Below are positions 1 through 9,173 of a stretch of 64,000 nt of DNA, in pieces. The DNA comes from a bacterium. GTDB taxonomy: Bacteria > Patescibacteriota > Minisyncoccia > UBA6257 > WO2-44-18. A model generated the notes under the pieces. The model was not told the DNA's origin, did no database searches, and worked only from the letters and a program-made list of their open reading frames with translations. Location of the stretch: positions 84,404 to 148,403 of the forward strand of contig JAUSKF010000004.1 in assembly GCA_030646995.1 (NCBI GenBank). Direction: 5' to 3'. Position 1 is the stretch's first letter. Each line of letters starts with the position of its first letter. Both the position numbers and the translations under genes were made by a program.

Positions 1-210
1 TCTCCGTTGAGAGCCATGCCTGCTTTCAACACCGATTCCACGGCTTTTTTATTTATCACTGGTAGAGTTCCGGGGTGACCAGTACAAATCGGGCAGATGT
101 TTATGTTTGGATGTTTCTCTTCTGGGTCGTTAAGACAATCACAAAACATCTTGGTTTGCGTTTTCAGCTCCGCGTGAACTTCCAGACCAATTGTGGGTTT
201 ATATTGCATA
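1..210 (-). CDS. gatB: Asp/Glu-tRNA amidotransferase subunit B, N-terminal fragment (gene continues beyond window start)
   Basis: Reverse-strand translation from ATG at 210 gives MQYKPTIGLEVHAELKTQTKMFCDC...NICPICTGHPGTLPVINKKAVE, matching the conserved GatB N-terminus (IGLEVH, CxxC...CPxC). Confidence 0.7.
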
Positions 211-280
211 TTTCTCGTTAGTCTTATTATACTTCAACCAGGCTCATTGAAAAAAGACCCCTAGAAATAGAGGAGGCAGG

Positions 281-1213
281 ATGAGACTTCGAGAGAAGAT
301 TATGTATTGCGCTATGCCGACCCGATTGACTCATTTGAGCGCCAAGGTGCGCCGAATTGCCTGGCAGGCCGGCTTTGCTCCATCGATTCCTTTTGATGTA
401 GGGCCTTTCAAATATTTTGAAGGCGGCATTATTGGACGGACGGAAACCCTGCGCTTTATGATCGATTATATGAAAATCTGCGGAACGGTCGGAATTTTCG
501 GAATTTCCGAAGGCGTGATGGGAGAATTGAAAACCGCGCTCGATGAAGGAAAGAAGATCCGGGTTTTCCCGGGATTGGATCCCGAGTGGGATGCAATGTA
601 TGAAAAGTTGAAGTGCAAATACAGCGATCTTTTTGCCCGGCTACGCGGGCCGCATCAGTTGTTTAATCTCGTTGGAGCTAAAGCCATCGGAAAAACCTTC
701 TGGTCTAACTGGCTTCTCGAGCAACTCGGCGATTGTTTGGCTAGAGTGAAAAACACCACAACTCGCCAACCTCGCGATAAAAGAGATTATGAATCTTATC
801 GGTTCGTTACCAAAGAGGAGTTCTTGAAATCGCGAGCGGAACATAAATTTCTGGAAACGGTCTGGTATCACGACAATTACTATGGCTCCTCGCTCGGCAA
901 TATCCGGAAAGTGCTGAAGCACTGCAACGGCATCTGCGCGCTGACCCCAAAGGGCGCTATTGCGCTTAATCGGCATCGACTGGAGGTCAACCTGACCACT
1001 ATCCTACTAGTGGCAAAGTCTCCGGACATTCTGATGAAGAACTTTTCGCGCCGAAAGGATATCAACCCTGAACGGCAGAAACGGCTCTTGGAGGAAGCTC
1101 GCTCTTTTACTCTGCCTCCAAGCGTGCCCCATAAGAAAATCATAATCACCGGCAACAACGAGGAAGACGCAAAAAATATCTTGAAAATCGTAAAGCCTTT
1201 GATTGCAGAATAA
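281..1213 (+). CDS. guanylate kinase-like protein with ~120 aa N-terminal domain of unknown function
   Basis: C-terminal half carries GAKAIGKT (degenerate P-loop) and TTRQPRDKRDYESYRFVTKEEF...NYYGSS, resembling the guanylate kinase TTRxPR...DYxFV...YGTS core; the GExDG motif is absent. N-terminal 120 aa unrecognised. Confidence 0.55.
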   Translation: MRLREKIMYCAMPTRLTHLSAKVRRIAWQAGFAPSIPFDVGPFKYFEGGIIGRTETLRFMIDYMKICGTVGIFGISEGVMGELKTALDEGKKIRVFPGLDPEWDAMYEKLKCKYSDLFARLRGPHQLFNLVGAKAIGKTFWSNWLLEQLGDCLARVKNTTTRQPRDKRDYESYRFVTKEEFLKSRAEHKFLETVWYHDNYYGSSLGNIRKVLKHCNGICALTPKGAIALNRHRLEVNLTTILLVAKSPDILMKNFSRRKDINPERQKRLLEEARSFTLPPSVPHKKIIITGNNEEDAKNILKIVKPLIAE

Positions 1214-1215
1214 TT

Positions 1216-1246
1216 AAAAACCGCCCTTTAGGGGGCGGATTTTTTA
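1216..1246. terminator. bidirectional rho-independent terminator
   Basis: aaaaa-CCGCCC-ttta-GGGGCGG-attttttt; GC stem flanked by A-run and T-run, lying between convergent genes. Confidence 0.6.
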
Positions 1247-1247
1247 T

Positions 1248-1761
1248 TTACGAAGAGCTTCCACCGTTCAGCCACTTACGAAGCCAATTATCCCAGATGA
1301 CATCAAGGTCGGAGGTCTTCATCTTCGGACACTGGATAGTGAAGATTCTCTTTCTTTCTGTTTTGGAGATGATCGCCATAATGCAGTGCTTGTCGGTAGG
1401 CTTGAGCATAATCGTGGGAATCTCTTTGGCGTGAGAGTGAAAAACCTCGCCGAGAGTATTGTCGCCCACATACCCAAATTCCCTCTTCTGCCCTTCGAGC
1501 GGCAAGGGATTGAAGATTAGGCAAACACCACCCATATTCCCGACCTCGTTGATCTTGTCCAGATGGGTGAGCACCAAGCCAGAGCTTTCGCGAGGAGAAG
1601 TTTTCGGACGAAGCCGTTCAGGCTTCTTGATGATCTTCTTGCGATGGAATTTAAAATCCGGATAGAAGACCAGCACGCCCTTCTTCTCCAGAAAATTCAC
1701 AAATGATTGCAACTCCTCTTTGAATCGCTGACTGCAACAGATCACCAGTGGACGATACATT
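1248..1761 (-). CDS. hypothetical protein (171 aa)
   Basis: ORF track 1248..1904 trimmed to the internal ATG (MYRPLVICCSQRF...) preceded by GGAGG. The longer start overlaps the dCMP deaminase gene. No recognised motif. Confidence 0.45.
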
Positions 1762-1824
1762 AAGCCTCCGAAGTAATCGAAGTTCTGCCTTAAAAATAAC
1801 AAAACAAAATCGAGATAGCAACGG

Positions 1825-2394
1825 CTAAACCAAATTTGAGGGAGGGGCCAAATGCTCACCAAATTTATCGTGCGGTAAGTCTTTAAACAATCCACCCGAG
1901 CCACGGGAACGTTTTATTCCGCGGCCTAGTACTTTTAAGATTGCCTCTGCTCCGCCTGGCCATTCTTCAAACTTCACTCCCTTCTGCGCAAACATTTGCA
2001 TTGTTGCTTCACGAGCTTTTGCGTTGGAATAGGTGCCGGCAGTAACCACCCTCGTAATTCCCTTTTGCATTAATACCTTCGAACAGTCCACGCAGGGCGT
2101 GCCCACTATGTAAGCGGTTGCTCCGCGTAAATCTTCCCGCACGGTATTTAAAACTGCGTTCACCTCACCATGCAAAGTGCGCACGCAATGGTTATTCTCC
2201 AAAAGATGCCCCGCTTCGTCGCAAGTCTCCAATCCCGACACGGACCCATTATATCCCGTGCCGACTACGTGCTTATCTTTATTTACCAAAACACAGGCGG
2301 TGCGTAGCCGATCGCAAGAGCCGCGATTGGAAAGCCACCAAGCCTGCACCAAGAAAGTTTCGTCCCAATTGGGTTTATGGCTCAAAGAATCCAT
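1825..2394 (-). CDS. dCMP (deoxycytidylate) deaminase, zinc-dependent CDA fold
   Basis: SWDETFL N-terminus; HGEVNAV and PCVDCSKV motifs (H-x-E ... PC-x-x-C zinc ligands). Confidence 0.8.
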   Translation of the reverse strand: MDSLSHKPNWDETFLVQAWWLSNRGSCDRLRTACVLVNKDKHVVGTGYNGSVSGLETCDEAGHLLENNHCVRTLHGEVNAVLNTVREDLRGATAYIVGTPCVDCSKVLMQKGITRVVTAGTYSNAKAREATMQMFAQKGVKFEEWPGGAEAILKVLGRGIKRSRGSGGLFKDLPHDKFGEHLAPPSNLV

Positions 2395-2552
2395 TACTTC
2401 CTATACTACCAAACCATTCACTCTTTTAAAACTTTTTGGCGCAGGGCAGCTGCCTCTAAGGAACATGCCGGAGACGATTTTGATTGGTTTGTTTGTTAAT
2501 ACAAACGAAAAATCGTCGAGGGAGAAGAAAAACAGCCCGCAGGAGACTGTGG

Positions 2553-2813
2553 GCCCCTATTTCCACATATTCCATCTAATTTGGAAGCTAAAAAATGAGG
2601 CAAGTTCGCGAAGTGAGCCACAGCTTTACAAGCGTAAAGCTAGGCGAACGAACAAAGAAATTGGCCATTTTTTAGCTTCCCGAAGGGCGGGTTAATTTTG
2701 AATAGCTTCTTTGTTACTCGGATTAGACATAGAGTCTATGTCTGCATCCTCGTGGTCGCGAATCTATTCAAAATTAACTCCGCCAAATTGATGCGATATG
2801 TGGAATTAGGGGC
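2553..2813. mobile_element. MITE-like non-autonomous element, copy 1 (~261 bp, 18 bp terminal inverted repeats)
   Basis: Terminal inverted repeats gcccctatttccacatat (2553-2570) / atatgtggaattaggggc (2796-2813). Internal palindrome gacatagagtctatgtc (2726-2742). Homologous to the element at 20237-20504. Confidence 0.5.
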
Positions 2814-2857
2814 CAATTCTGTTTCCGAGGAGGCAGTTGACCGATAAGCCAGAAAGT

Positions 2858-3289
2858 TTATTTCTCTATTACCTCGATGCCCATATTCTTAGCAGTACCG
2901 GCGATAATTTTCATTGCCGCCTCCACATCATAAGCATTCAAGTCAATCATTTTGCGCTCGGCAATCGCCCGCAAGTCAGCTTTGGTAACTTTACCAACTT
3001 TGGTTTTCAGCGGATCACCAGAGCCTTTTTCAATGCCGGCAGCTTTCTTCAACAAAGCGGAAGCCGGAGGAGTCTTCAATTTGAAATCAAAGCTACGATC
3101 TTCATAAATCGTAATTTCCGCCGGGACTACGTCGCCAATCATTTCCTTTGTGGCGTCGTTGAACTTCTTGCAGAAGTCCTGAATGTTTACGCCGTGCTGA
3201 CCTAAAGCCGGGCCGATCGGCGGCGCTGGGTTGGCCTTACCGGCCTCAATCTGTAACTTTAATACTGTTTTAACTGGTTTTCCTGCCAT
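2858..3289 (-). CDS. rplK: 50S ribosomal protein L11
   Basis: [36 protein letters not shown]... canonical L11. Confidence 0.95.
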   Translation of the reverse strand: MAGKPVKTVLKLQIEAGKANPAPPIGPALGQHGVNIQDFCKKFNDATKEMIGDVVPAEITIYEDRSFDFKLKTPPASALLKKAAGIEKGSGDPLKTKVGKVTKADLRAIAERKMIDLNAYDVEAAMKIIAGTAKNMGIEVIEK

Positions 3290-3312
3290 AAATTAAGTAA
3301 AGAGATTATAGC

Positions 3313-3867
3313 TTATAACTTTTGAACCTGCAAGGAATCAAGCTCTACCACGGTGTCGCGTCCGAAAATTGCCACCAGCACCTTAACTTTGCCCTTTTCC
3401 TCATCAACCTCCGCCACCTTAGCGTCGTAGTCCTTGAAAGGACCATCGGTGATTTTGACAGACTCACCCACCTGCAACTCTACTTTGAACTTTACTTCCT
3501 CCTCTCCGCCGCTGATTCGCTTCAACAAAGATTCAATCTCGTCTTTAGAAAGAGGGGTCGGCTTGGTACTGTCCGGACCCACGAAACCGGTAACACGTGG
3601 CGTGTTGCGCACGACATACCAAGTGTCTTCGGTGAGAATCATTTCCACCAGAACGTAACCGGGATAAATTTTTTCCTCCACGGCGCGACGCTTGCCGTTC
3701 TTAATCTTAATCATCTTCTCTTTCGGAACGATAATGTTAAAAATCTTGTCTCCCATAGCCAAAGACTCCACGCGTTGCGTTAAGTAGCGCGCTACGGCAT
3801 CTTCGTAGCCCGAATAAGTGTGTACGGCAAACCACTCCCTTTCTTTTTTAGTTTCTACCTTATCCAT
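3313..3867 (-). CDS. nusG: transcription termination/antitermination factor NusG
   Basis: WFAVHTYSGYE N-terminal NGN domain; C-terminal KOW (VGESVKITDGPFKDYDAKV). Confidence 0.9.
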   Translation of the reverse strand: MDKVETKKEREWFAVHTYSGYEDAVARYLTQRVESLAMGDKIFNIIVPKEKMIKIKNGKRRAVEEKIYPGYVLVEMILTEDTWYVVRNTPRVTGFVGPDSTKPTPLSKDEIESLLKRISGGEEEVKFKVELQVGESVKITDGPFKDYDAKVAEVDEEKGKVKVLVAIFGRDTVVELDSLQVQKL

Positions 3868-3875
3868 TTTTATTA

Positions 3876-4058
3876 TTAAATAATTTGGCTAAGCAGATAA
3901 GCGAACGCGGTGTCCAAAACTCCCAAAAACATTGCTATGGCAACCGAAAAAACCACTACGATCATCGTTAGCCGCATTGTTTCTGAAAAAGTGGGCCAAT
4001 TAACCCTTGTGAACTCCTGTCTGGCCTCCTGCCAAAAAGCTGTAACCTTACTAAACAT
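3876..4058 (-). CDS. secE: preprotein translocase subunit SecE
   Basis: 60 aa, single TM (MIVVVFSVAIAMFLGVLD) after a conserved basic N-terminus (EFTRVNWPT); lies directly upstream of nusG as in the canonical secE-nusG-rplK cluster. Confidence 0.8.
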   Translation of the reverse strand: MFSKVTAFWQEARQEFTRVNWPTFSETMRLTMIVVVFSVAIAMFLGVLDTAFAYLLSQII

Positions 4059-4160
4059 TAATACCTATTCTATATCACGATTAAGAAAAAGTCAACGTCA
4101 GACTGACAATATAGGCTTAATTATGCTACAATAACGCCAGCACCAAAAATAGGAACGGCT

Positions 4161-4505
4161 ATGAACATTGACTGGTACGGGAATGACGGCAGCTGCAATC
4201 CTCTCCCAGGAACTATGGCGACAGCCACTTGCGGAGTTTGTGGCTCGCCGATGAACGTCGAAAGAAACGTTCTTGCCCCAACCGGCCTCGCAGAAGCTAT
4301 GTCCGGCAATAAGCATCTACACGATCGGTTCACCCGCCCCAATAAAACCCGGGATTGGCATGCGGAAATTAATCGCCTCCTAATGGCGATATACATAAAA
4401 GAAATCGATGCGCTGGTGAGTTTCGAAAAGATTAATCTCGAGGAACTTAGGAAAGATGCCGCAAAAAAGATCTTAGAAATTCTCAATGCCAACGGAATAA
4501 AATAA
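4161..4505 (+). CDS. hypothetical small protein with Cys cluster (CGVCGSP)
   Basis: AGGAA RBS before ATG; followed by its own terminator; plus-strand inside a minus-strand region. Confidence 0.4.
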   Translation: MNIDWYGNDGSCNPLPGTMATATCGVCGSPMNVERNVLAPTGLAEAMSGNKHLHDRFTRPNKTRDWHAEINRLLMAIYIKEIDALVSFEKINLEELRKDAAKKILEILNANGIK

Positions 4506-4507
4506 AT

Positions 4508-4536
4508 CGCCCCGACTCTGTCGCGGGCGGTTTTTT
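4508..4536 (+). terminator. rho-independent terminator
   Basis: CGCCCCGAC-tctg-TCGCGGGCG followed by tttttt. Confidence 0.6.
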
Positions 4537-4591
4537 ATTAAAAAGCGCATCGCGCTACATACTTGGCCAACTACCACCTAATAATTTAATC

Positions 4592-4747
4592 GAGGCAGAC
4601 ATTTCTTCCCCGAAACCCGAGCGAGCTTAATCGGCTTTGGAGGTTTTTGTATAATATATCTTTAACAAAAACCCGATTAGCGCGAGCGCCAAGCGGAGTT
4701 CGCCGCAGGAGCGAATGAAGCGGGTTGAGGGAAGAGATGTCTGCCTC
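4592..4747. other. hairpin-closed ~155 nt element in gyrB 3' region (candidate structured RNA)
   Basis: 18 nt near-perfect inverted repeat arms gaggcagacatttcttcc (4592-4609) and ggaagagatgtctgcctc (4730-4747), with 17/18 complementarity. Confidence 0.25.
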
Positions 4748-4748
4748 G

Positions 4749-6749
4749 TTAAATATCCAAATTCTTTACGTACTTAGCCCGGCTCTGAATAAATTGCTTA
4801 CGCGGCTCAACTTCTTCGCCTAAAAGAATATCAAACAGACGGTCCGCTTCTTTGGCGTCGTCAATCACCACCTTCAATAAAGTACGATTAGCGGGATTCA
4901 TCGTGGTTTCCCAAAGCTGTTCCGGGTTCATTTCTCCAAGACCCTTGTACCGCTGGACGTTAAGACCCTCTTTCGGCAACTTATCCATCTCGGCCTGCTT
5001 ATAAATATATTTCACCTCTTTCCCCTTCTGCACGTGATACAACGGCGGCTGGGCGATATACAAATACCCGCCTTCAATAATCGGCAAGAAATGACGGTAG
5101 AAAAGCGTGAGCAGAAGCGTGCGGATGTGAGAGCCGTCCACGTCGGCATCAGTCATCAGTACGATTTTGTGATAGCGAAGCTTTGTGAGATCGAAAGATT
5201 CAGCAATGGCGGTACCGAGAGCAATCACCAAAGATTTAATTTCTTTGTTGAGCAACATTTTATCAATACGGGATTTTTCCACGTTCAAAATCTTGCCCTT
5301 CAACGGCAAGATAGCTTGCGTGCGGCGGTCGCGGCCTTGCTTGGCGCTTCCACCGGCAGAGTCTCCCTCAACGATAAACATTTCTGAATCTTCCGGATTC
5401 CTCGAGCTGCAATCAGCCAATTTACCCGGCAGGGTCAGTCCTTCGAGGACACCCTTACGCAAAACGGTATCCTTAGCAGCTTTCGCGGCCTTACGCGCCT
5501 TGGCGGCGAGCATACAACGCTCAATTACACGGCGGGCGTCCGCGCTATAGCGCTCCAAGAAATCCTTCAAAGCTTCACCGGTCACAATTTCCACAGCCGT
5601 GCGAGCTTCGGTGTTGCCTAAGCGAGCCTTGGTCTGACCTTCAAATTGAGGCTCGCGAAGCTTCACAGAAACAATCGCAATCAAACCTTCACGCACATCA
5701 TCACCGGTGAAATTCTCATCATCTTTGCGAATGTATTCTCCAGAGCGGGCGTAATCGTTGAGCGAGCGGGTAAGAGCCGAGCGGAAACCGGTGAGATGCA
5801 TACCACCGTCGGGAGTGTAGATATTGTTGGCGAAGCTCAACTCCTGAATTTCCATCTCACTGTTGTAAATGAAAGCCACCTCCACCTCAACGTTCTCGGA
5901 ATCTTTTTGGATATAAAAAGGAGTTTCCTGCAACGGTTTTTCTCCTTTACTCAAATATTTAATGAAGGAAAGAAGGCCACCGTCGAAATAAAAGGAGTGG
6001 AACTGCTCATCTTTTTCATTCCGCAAATCCACCACTTCCAAACGGATGCCCTTGGTCAAGAAGGCCTGCTGGCGAAGATGGTCAAGAATACGCTTTCTAT
6101 CAAATGGATTATCTTTTCCTGTGGCGGCCGGAAAGATTAACGGGTCGGGCTCAAAAGTAACTTTGGTACCGGTGGTTTTAGAACTGCCGATTTTTTTTAC
6201 TTTATATTGCGGCTTGCCCTGCTTATATTCCTGCGTGTAGACTCCTCCATCGCGGTTTACTTCCACCTGCATCCAGCTGGATAACGCGCACACTACGGAA
6301 ACACCCACACCATGCAAACCGCCTGACACTTTATAAGACTCGCCGCCGAATTTACCACCAGCGTGCAAGGTGGTCATCACAGTTTCCAATGTGGATTTTT
6401 TCGTTTGCGGGTGAACTTCTACCGGAATACCGCGGCCGTCGTCCACTACCGAGATACGGTTTTGAGGCAACAATTCGATTCGGATATTTTTCGCATATCC
6501 GGCCATGGCTTCATCAAAAGAGTTATCCACGACTTCCCAGATCAAATGATGCAAACCGGCGAGATCAGTCGTGCCGATATACATACCCGGGCGCTTCCTG
6601 ACAGGGTCCAAACCCTCCAAAACGTAGATGTCTTTCGCGGTATAAGAGCCGGGCTTATTTGAGTCCTTAAGGGAAAGCTTCTCGTCCTTCACTTCGGTTT
6701 TTCGGATCTCACTTTTTGGTTCTTTTTCCTCTTTTTTCGCCATAAGCAA
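4749..6749 (-). CDS. gyrB: DNA gyrase subunit B
   Basis: GLHHLIWEVVDNSFDEAMAG ATPase motifs; GLHGVGVSVV; C-terminal Toprim (EGDSAGGSAKQGRDR). Confidence 0.95.
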   Translation of the reverse strand: MLMAKKEEKEPKSEIRKTEVKDEKLSLKDSNKPGSYTAKDIYVLEGLDPVRKRPGMYIGTTDLAGLHHLIWEVVDNSFDEAMAGYAKNIRIELLPQNRISVVDDGRGIPVEVHPQTKKSTLETVMTTLHAGGKFGGESYKVSGGLHGVGVSVVCALSSWMQVEVNRDGGVYTQEYKQGKPQYKVKKIGSSKTTGTKVTFEPDPLIFPAATGKDNPFDRKRILDHLRQQAFLTKGIRLEVVDLRNEKDEQFHSFYFDGGLLSFIKYLSKGEKPLQETPFYIQKDSENVEVEVAFIYNSEMEIQELSFANNIYTPDGGMHLTGFRSALTRSLNDYARSGEYIRKDDENFTGDDVREGLIAIVSVKLREPQFEGQTKARLGNTEARTAVEIVTGEALKDFLERYSADARRVIERCMLAAKARKAAKAAKDTVLRKGVLEGLTLPGKLADCSSRNPEDSEMFIVEGDSAGGSAKQGRDRRTQAILPLKGKILNVEKSRIDKMLLNKEIKSLVIALGTAIAESFDLTKLRYHKIVLMTDADVDGSHIRTLLLTLFYRHFLPIIEGGYLYIAQPPLYHVQKGKEVKYIYKQAEMDKLPKEGLNVQRYKGLGEMNPEQLWETTMNPANRTLLKVVIDDAKEADRLFDILLGEEVEPRKQFIQSRAKYVKNLDI

Positions 6750-6815
6750 TACATAGATTATAGCAAAATTATGGGGAAAAGAATAGTATAAAAACAGTAC
6801 CTTTTGGGAGCAATT

Positions 6816-7124
6816 ATGAGCCTCAGCGAAAACGAGGAAAAAGCCTTGAAATTAAGCGAGGAGATGCATGGTTTGCTGGAAAAATGGCTCGGTAAAGATG
6901 GACCGGAGTGCAATGCGGCAATTCAACGCGTTGGCGCAATCAAAAAAGAAATTAATTCTTTCGGTTTCTGGGTAGATTGGCTGGCCAGCATGAAGCTGCA
7001 GCCAAACCCCGACGACAATAAGTTCGAGGTGACAGTAACCGTTTCCAGGCCTCGGCCGGATCTCACTCCACAAGAGAAAGAAATCTACGATATCTGGTTC
7101 AAGCAAATGAACGGAATGAAATAA
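6816..7124 (+). CDS. hypothetical protein (~102 aa)
   Basis: GGGAG RBS then ATG (MSLSENEEKALK...); own terminator downstream. Confidence 0.4.
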   Translation: MSLSENEEKALKLSEEMHGLLEKWLGKDGPECNAAIQRVGAIKKEINSFGFWVDWLASMKLQPNPDDNKFEVTVTVSRPRPDLTPQEKEIYDIWFKQMNGMK

Positions 7125-7126
7125 CT

Positions 7127-7152
7127 AAAAGAGGCCTTAGGCCTCTTTTTTG
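7127..7152. terminator. bidirectional rho-independent terminator
   Basis: aaaa-GAGGCC-tta-GGCCTC-tttttt between convergent ORFs. Confidence 0.6.
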
Positions 7153-7153
7153 T

Positions 7154-9169
7154 TTAACGTATCTCCGCTCCGAATTTCTCTTCAAGTACAGAAGTAATTT
7201 TTACCATTTCAGCATTCACTTCTTCGTCGGTGAGAGTGTGGTCGTCGGCTTGGAAAACCAACCGGAAAGTTAAGCTCTTGTGATCTTTCTTAGTGTTCTT
7301 GTTTTCTACCGAAGGATCATAGTAATCGATAAGATCCACGTCGTCTAAAAATTGTGGAGCGGCATTTTCCATCGCCTCCATCAGTTTATCCACGCGAGTT
7401 TCCTGATTCACGAATACCGAAATATCCCTATCCACCGAAGGATATTTAGAAAGCGGCTCATATTCTTTTTCCTCCTCTACTAATTTCAAAAGCTTATCCA
7501 AGAAAATCTCCGCTACTGCCGTTCCTTCGGAACCACGCGGAATTCCCAAATAACCGAGTACCTCATGATTGGCTTCAACGCGCAATCCACGATCCTGCTC
7601 TAAGTGCTTCAAATCCCAATCAAGGTCACGGAAAAAGAAATCGGTAAGGCCAACAGACTTCAGTAATTCATCAAGCAGGCCCTTCAATTCCAGAATCGGA
7701 TTTTCCGATTTTGAAGCCAGCGCCACCCCCAACATTGCCTCTTCTTTAAAAATCCCCTCTTTTTCGGTAAACACTTTTCCGACTTCAAAAATCCTCACGG
7801 AATCAAAGAATCGGAAGTTGTCTTCCACATTTTTTATCAGAGCCACAGTTAAATCAGGACGCAAATATTGGAAATCGGCGCTCACAGGATTCAGCAACGC
7901 CGGCGCGCCCCACCACTTCGGATCGGCGTATTTAGTCAGATCTTGCCTAGATAGAAAGGTATGGTTATAAACCTCACTCAAACCAAAACCCTGCAAAACT
8001 CCGCGTAATTTATCTTTTAATACAATATTCTCTTCTTTGTGCGCCGCCTTAATTGGAACGTGCGGGGCTTGGGATTCAAGCTTCTGGTAACCATAGAGAT
8101 TCACAACTTCTTCAACTAAATCCTCAAAAATCGAAACATCATTCCGCCAAGCGGGAATTTCCACAAATCGGCCGGTAATCTTGAAGCCGAGTTTTTTCAG
8201 ATACCCCAAAGCCGCCTTTTCTTCCAGCGACAATCCGGTCAGCTGATTGAAACGTTTGATATCAAATTTCAGCAGACGCTTCGGGTTCTTGGAATAATTT
8301 ACATCTGTCAGTTCACCAATTTTTGCCTTCGTTTCGTCTTTCAACAAAACCGTAGCTCTCTTCATCGCTACTTCGGCAAGCATAGGCGACAGACCGTGAG
8401 AAAATCGGCCGGAAGCATCAGTAAATAAATTCAAATCTCTGGCAGTCTTATAAATTGAAGGACCGTCGAAGCTGGCAGCCTCCACAATAATTTTCCTAGT
8501 GTCTTGGCTGACTTCCGCGCGCTTCCCTCCTTTTATTCCGGCAATCGCCAGCGGGCCCTGAGAATCAGCAATAACGAGATGGCTAGAATTCAACTTGTGG
8601 TCGGCGCCGTCGATGGTGCGAATCGTCTCCCCTTCTTGCGCCATCCGGACTTCAATCGGACCCTTCACTAAATCGGCGTCGAAAGCGTGTAGAGGCTGGC
8701 CGGTTTCAAGCATCACGTAATTCATCACGTCTACCACCGAATTAATCGGGCGCTGACCGCAGGCCATCAAAATATTTCTTAGCCACTCGGGAGAAGATTT
8801 TACAGCCGGAACTTCCAAATATCGCCCGATGTAGCGGCTACAGGCTTTCTTAGAAGAAATTGATATTTCGACAGCGGGATTTTTTAATTCTGCTTTCGGA
8901 TCACGCCCAGCCGATATATCCACTAAGCTGCCGCCAAAAAGCGCCGCGCCCATCCGCGCGATTCCCCAGTGGGAGGAGGCGTCGGAATAGCGATTCGCGG
9001 GAATGGAAATTTCCAATGTATCAGAAGCGCCGCCCTGCCCAGGCAATCCCTGAAGCACGGTTGGCACATCTTCCGCTTCAAAGGCATGAAAATTCAGCTT
9101 TTCTATTAAAGCTTCTTTGGAGGAAATTTTCGGCGCCAGTTGTTTGAGTAAACTATATGAGAATTTCAT
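7154..9169 (-). CDS. pheT: phenylalanine--tRNA ligase beta subunit
   Basis: MKFSYSLLKQLAP start and B3/4 and B5 regions typical of PheT; lies downstream of pheS. Confidence 0.9.
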   Translation of the reverse strand: MKFSYSLLKQLAPKISSKEALIEKLNFHAFEAEDVPTVLQGLPGQGGASDTLEISIPANRYSDASSHWGIARMGAALFGGSLVDISAGRDPKAELKNPAVEISISSKKACSRYIGRYLEVPAVKSSPEWLRNILMACGQRPINSVVDVMNYVMLETGQPLHAFDADLVKGPIEVRMAQEGETIRTIDGADHKLNSSHLVIADSQGPLAIAGIKGGKRAEVSQDTRKIIVEAASFDGPSIYKTARDLNLFTDASGRFSHGLSPMLAEVAMKRATVLLKDETKAKIGELTDVNYSKNPKRLLKFDIKRFNQLTGLSLEEKAALGYLKKLGFKITGRFVEIPAWRNDVSIFEDLVEEVVNLYGYQKLESQAPHVPIKAAHKEENIVLKDKLRGVLQGFGLSEVYNHTFLSRQDLTKYADPKWWGAPALLNPVSADFQYLRPDLTVALIKNVEDNFRFFDSVRIFEVGKVFTEKEGIFKEEAMLGVALASKSENPILELKGLLDELLKSVGLTDFFFRDLDWDLKHLEQDRGLRVEANHEVLGYLGIPRGSEGTAVAEIFLDKLLKLVEEEKEYEPLSKYPSVDRDISVFVNQETRVDKLMEAMENAAPQFLDDVDLIDYYDPSVENKNTKKDHKSLTFRLVFQADDHTLTDEEVNAEMVKITSVLEEKFGAEIR

Positions 9170-9173
9170 TCCG

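Noticed and set aside
2118-2695. Plus-strand ORFs of 103 and 172 aa overlapping dCMP deaminase and the MITE-like element
   Set aside because: Antisense to a well-supported gene, and runs straight through the element's terminal inverted repeat; no RBS.
4060-4160. Expected tRNA-Trp / rpmG upstream of secE
   Set aside because: Hand inspection of both strands found no cloverleaf, T-loop motif or L33-like reading frame; only a promoter-like TTGACT...TATAGA for the secE-nusG-rplK operon.
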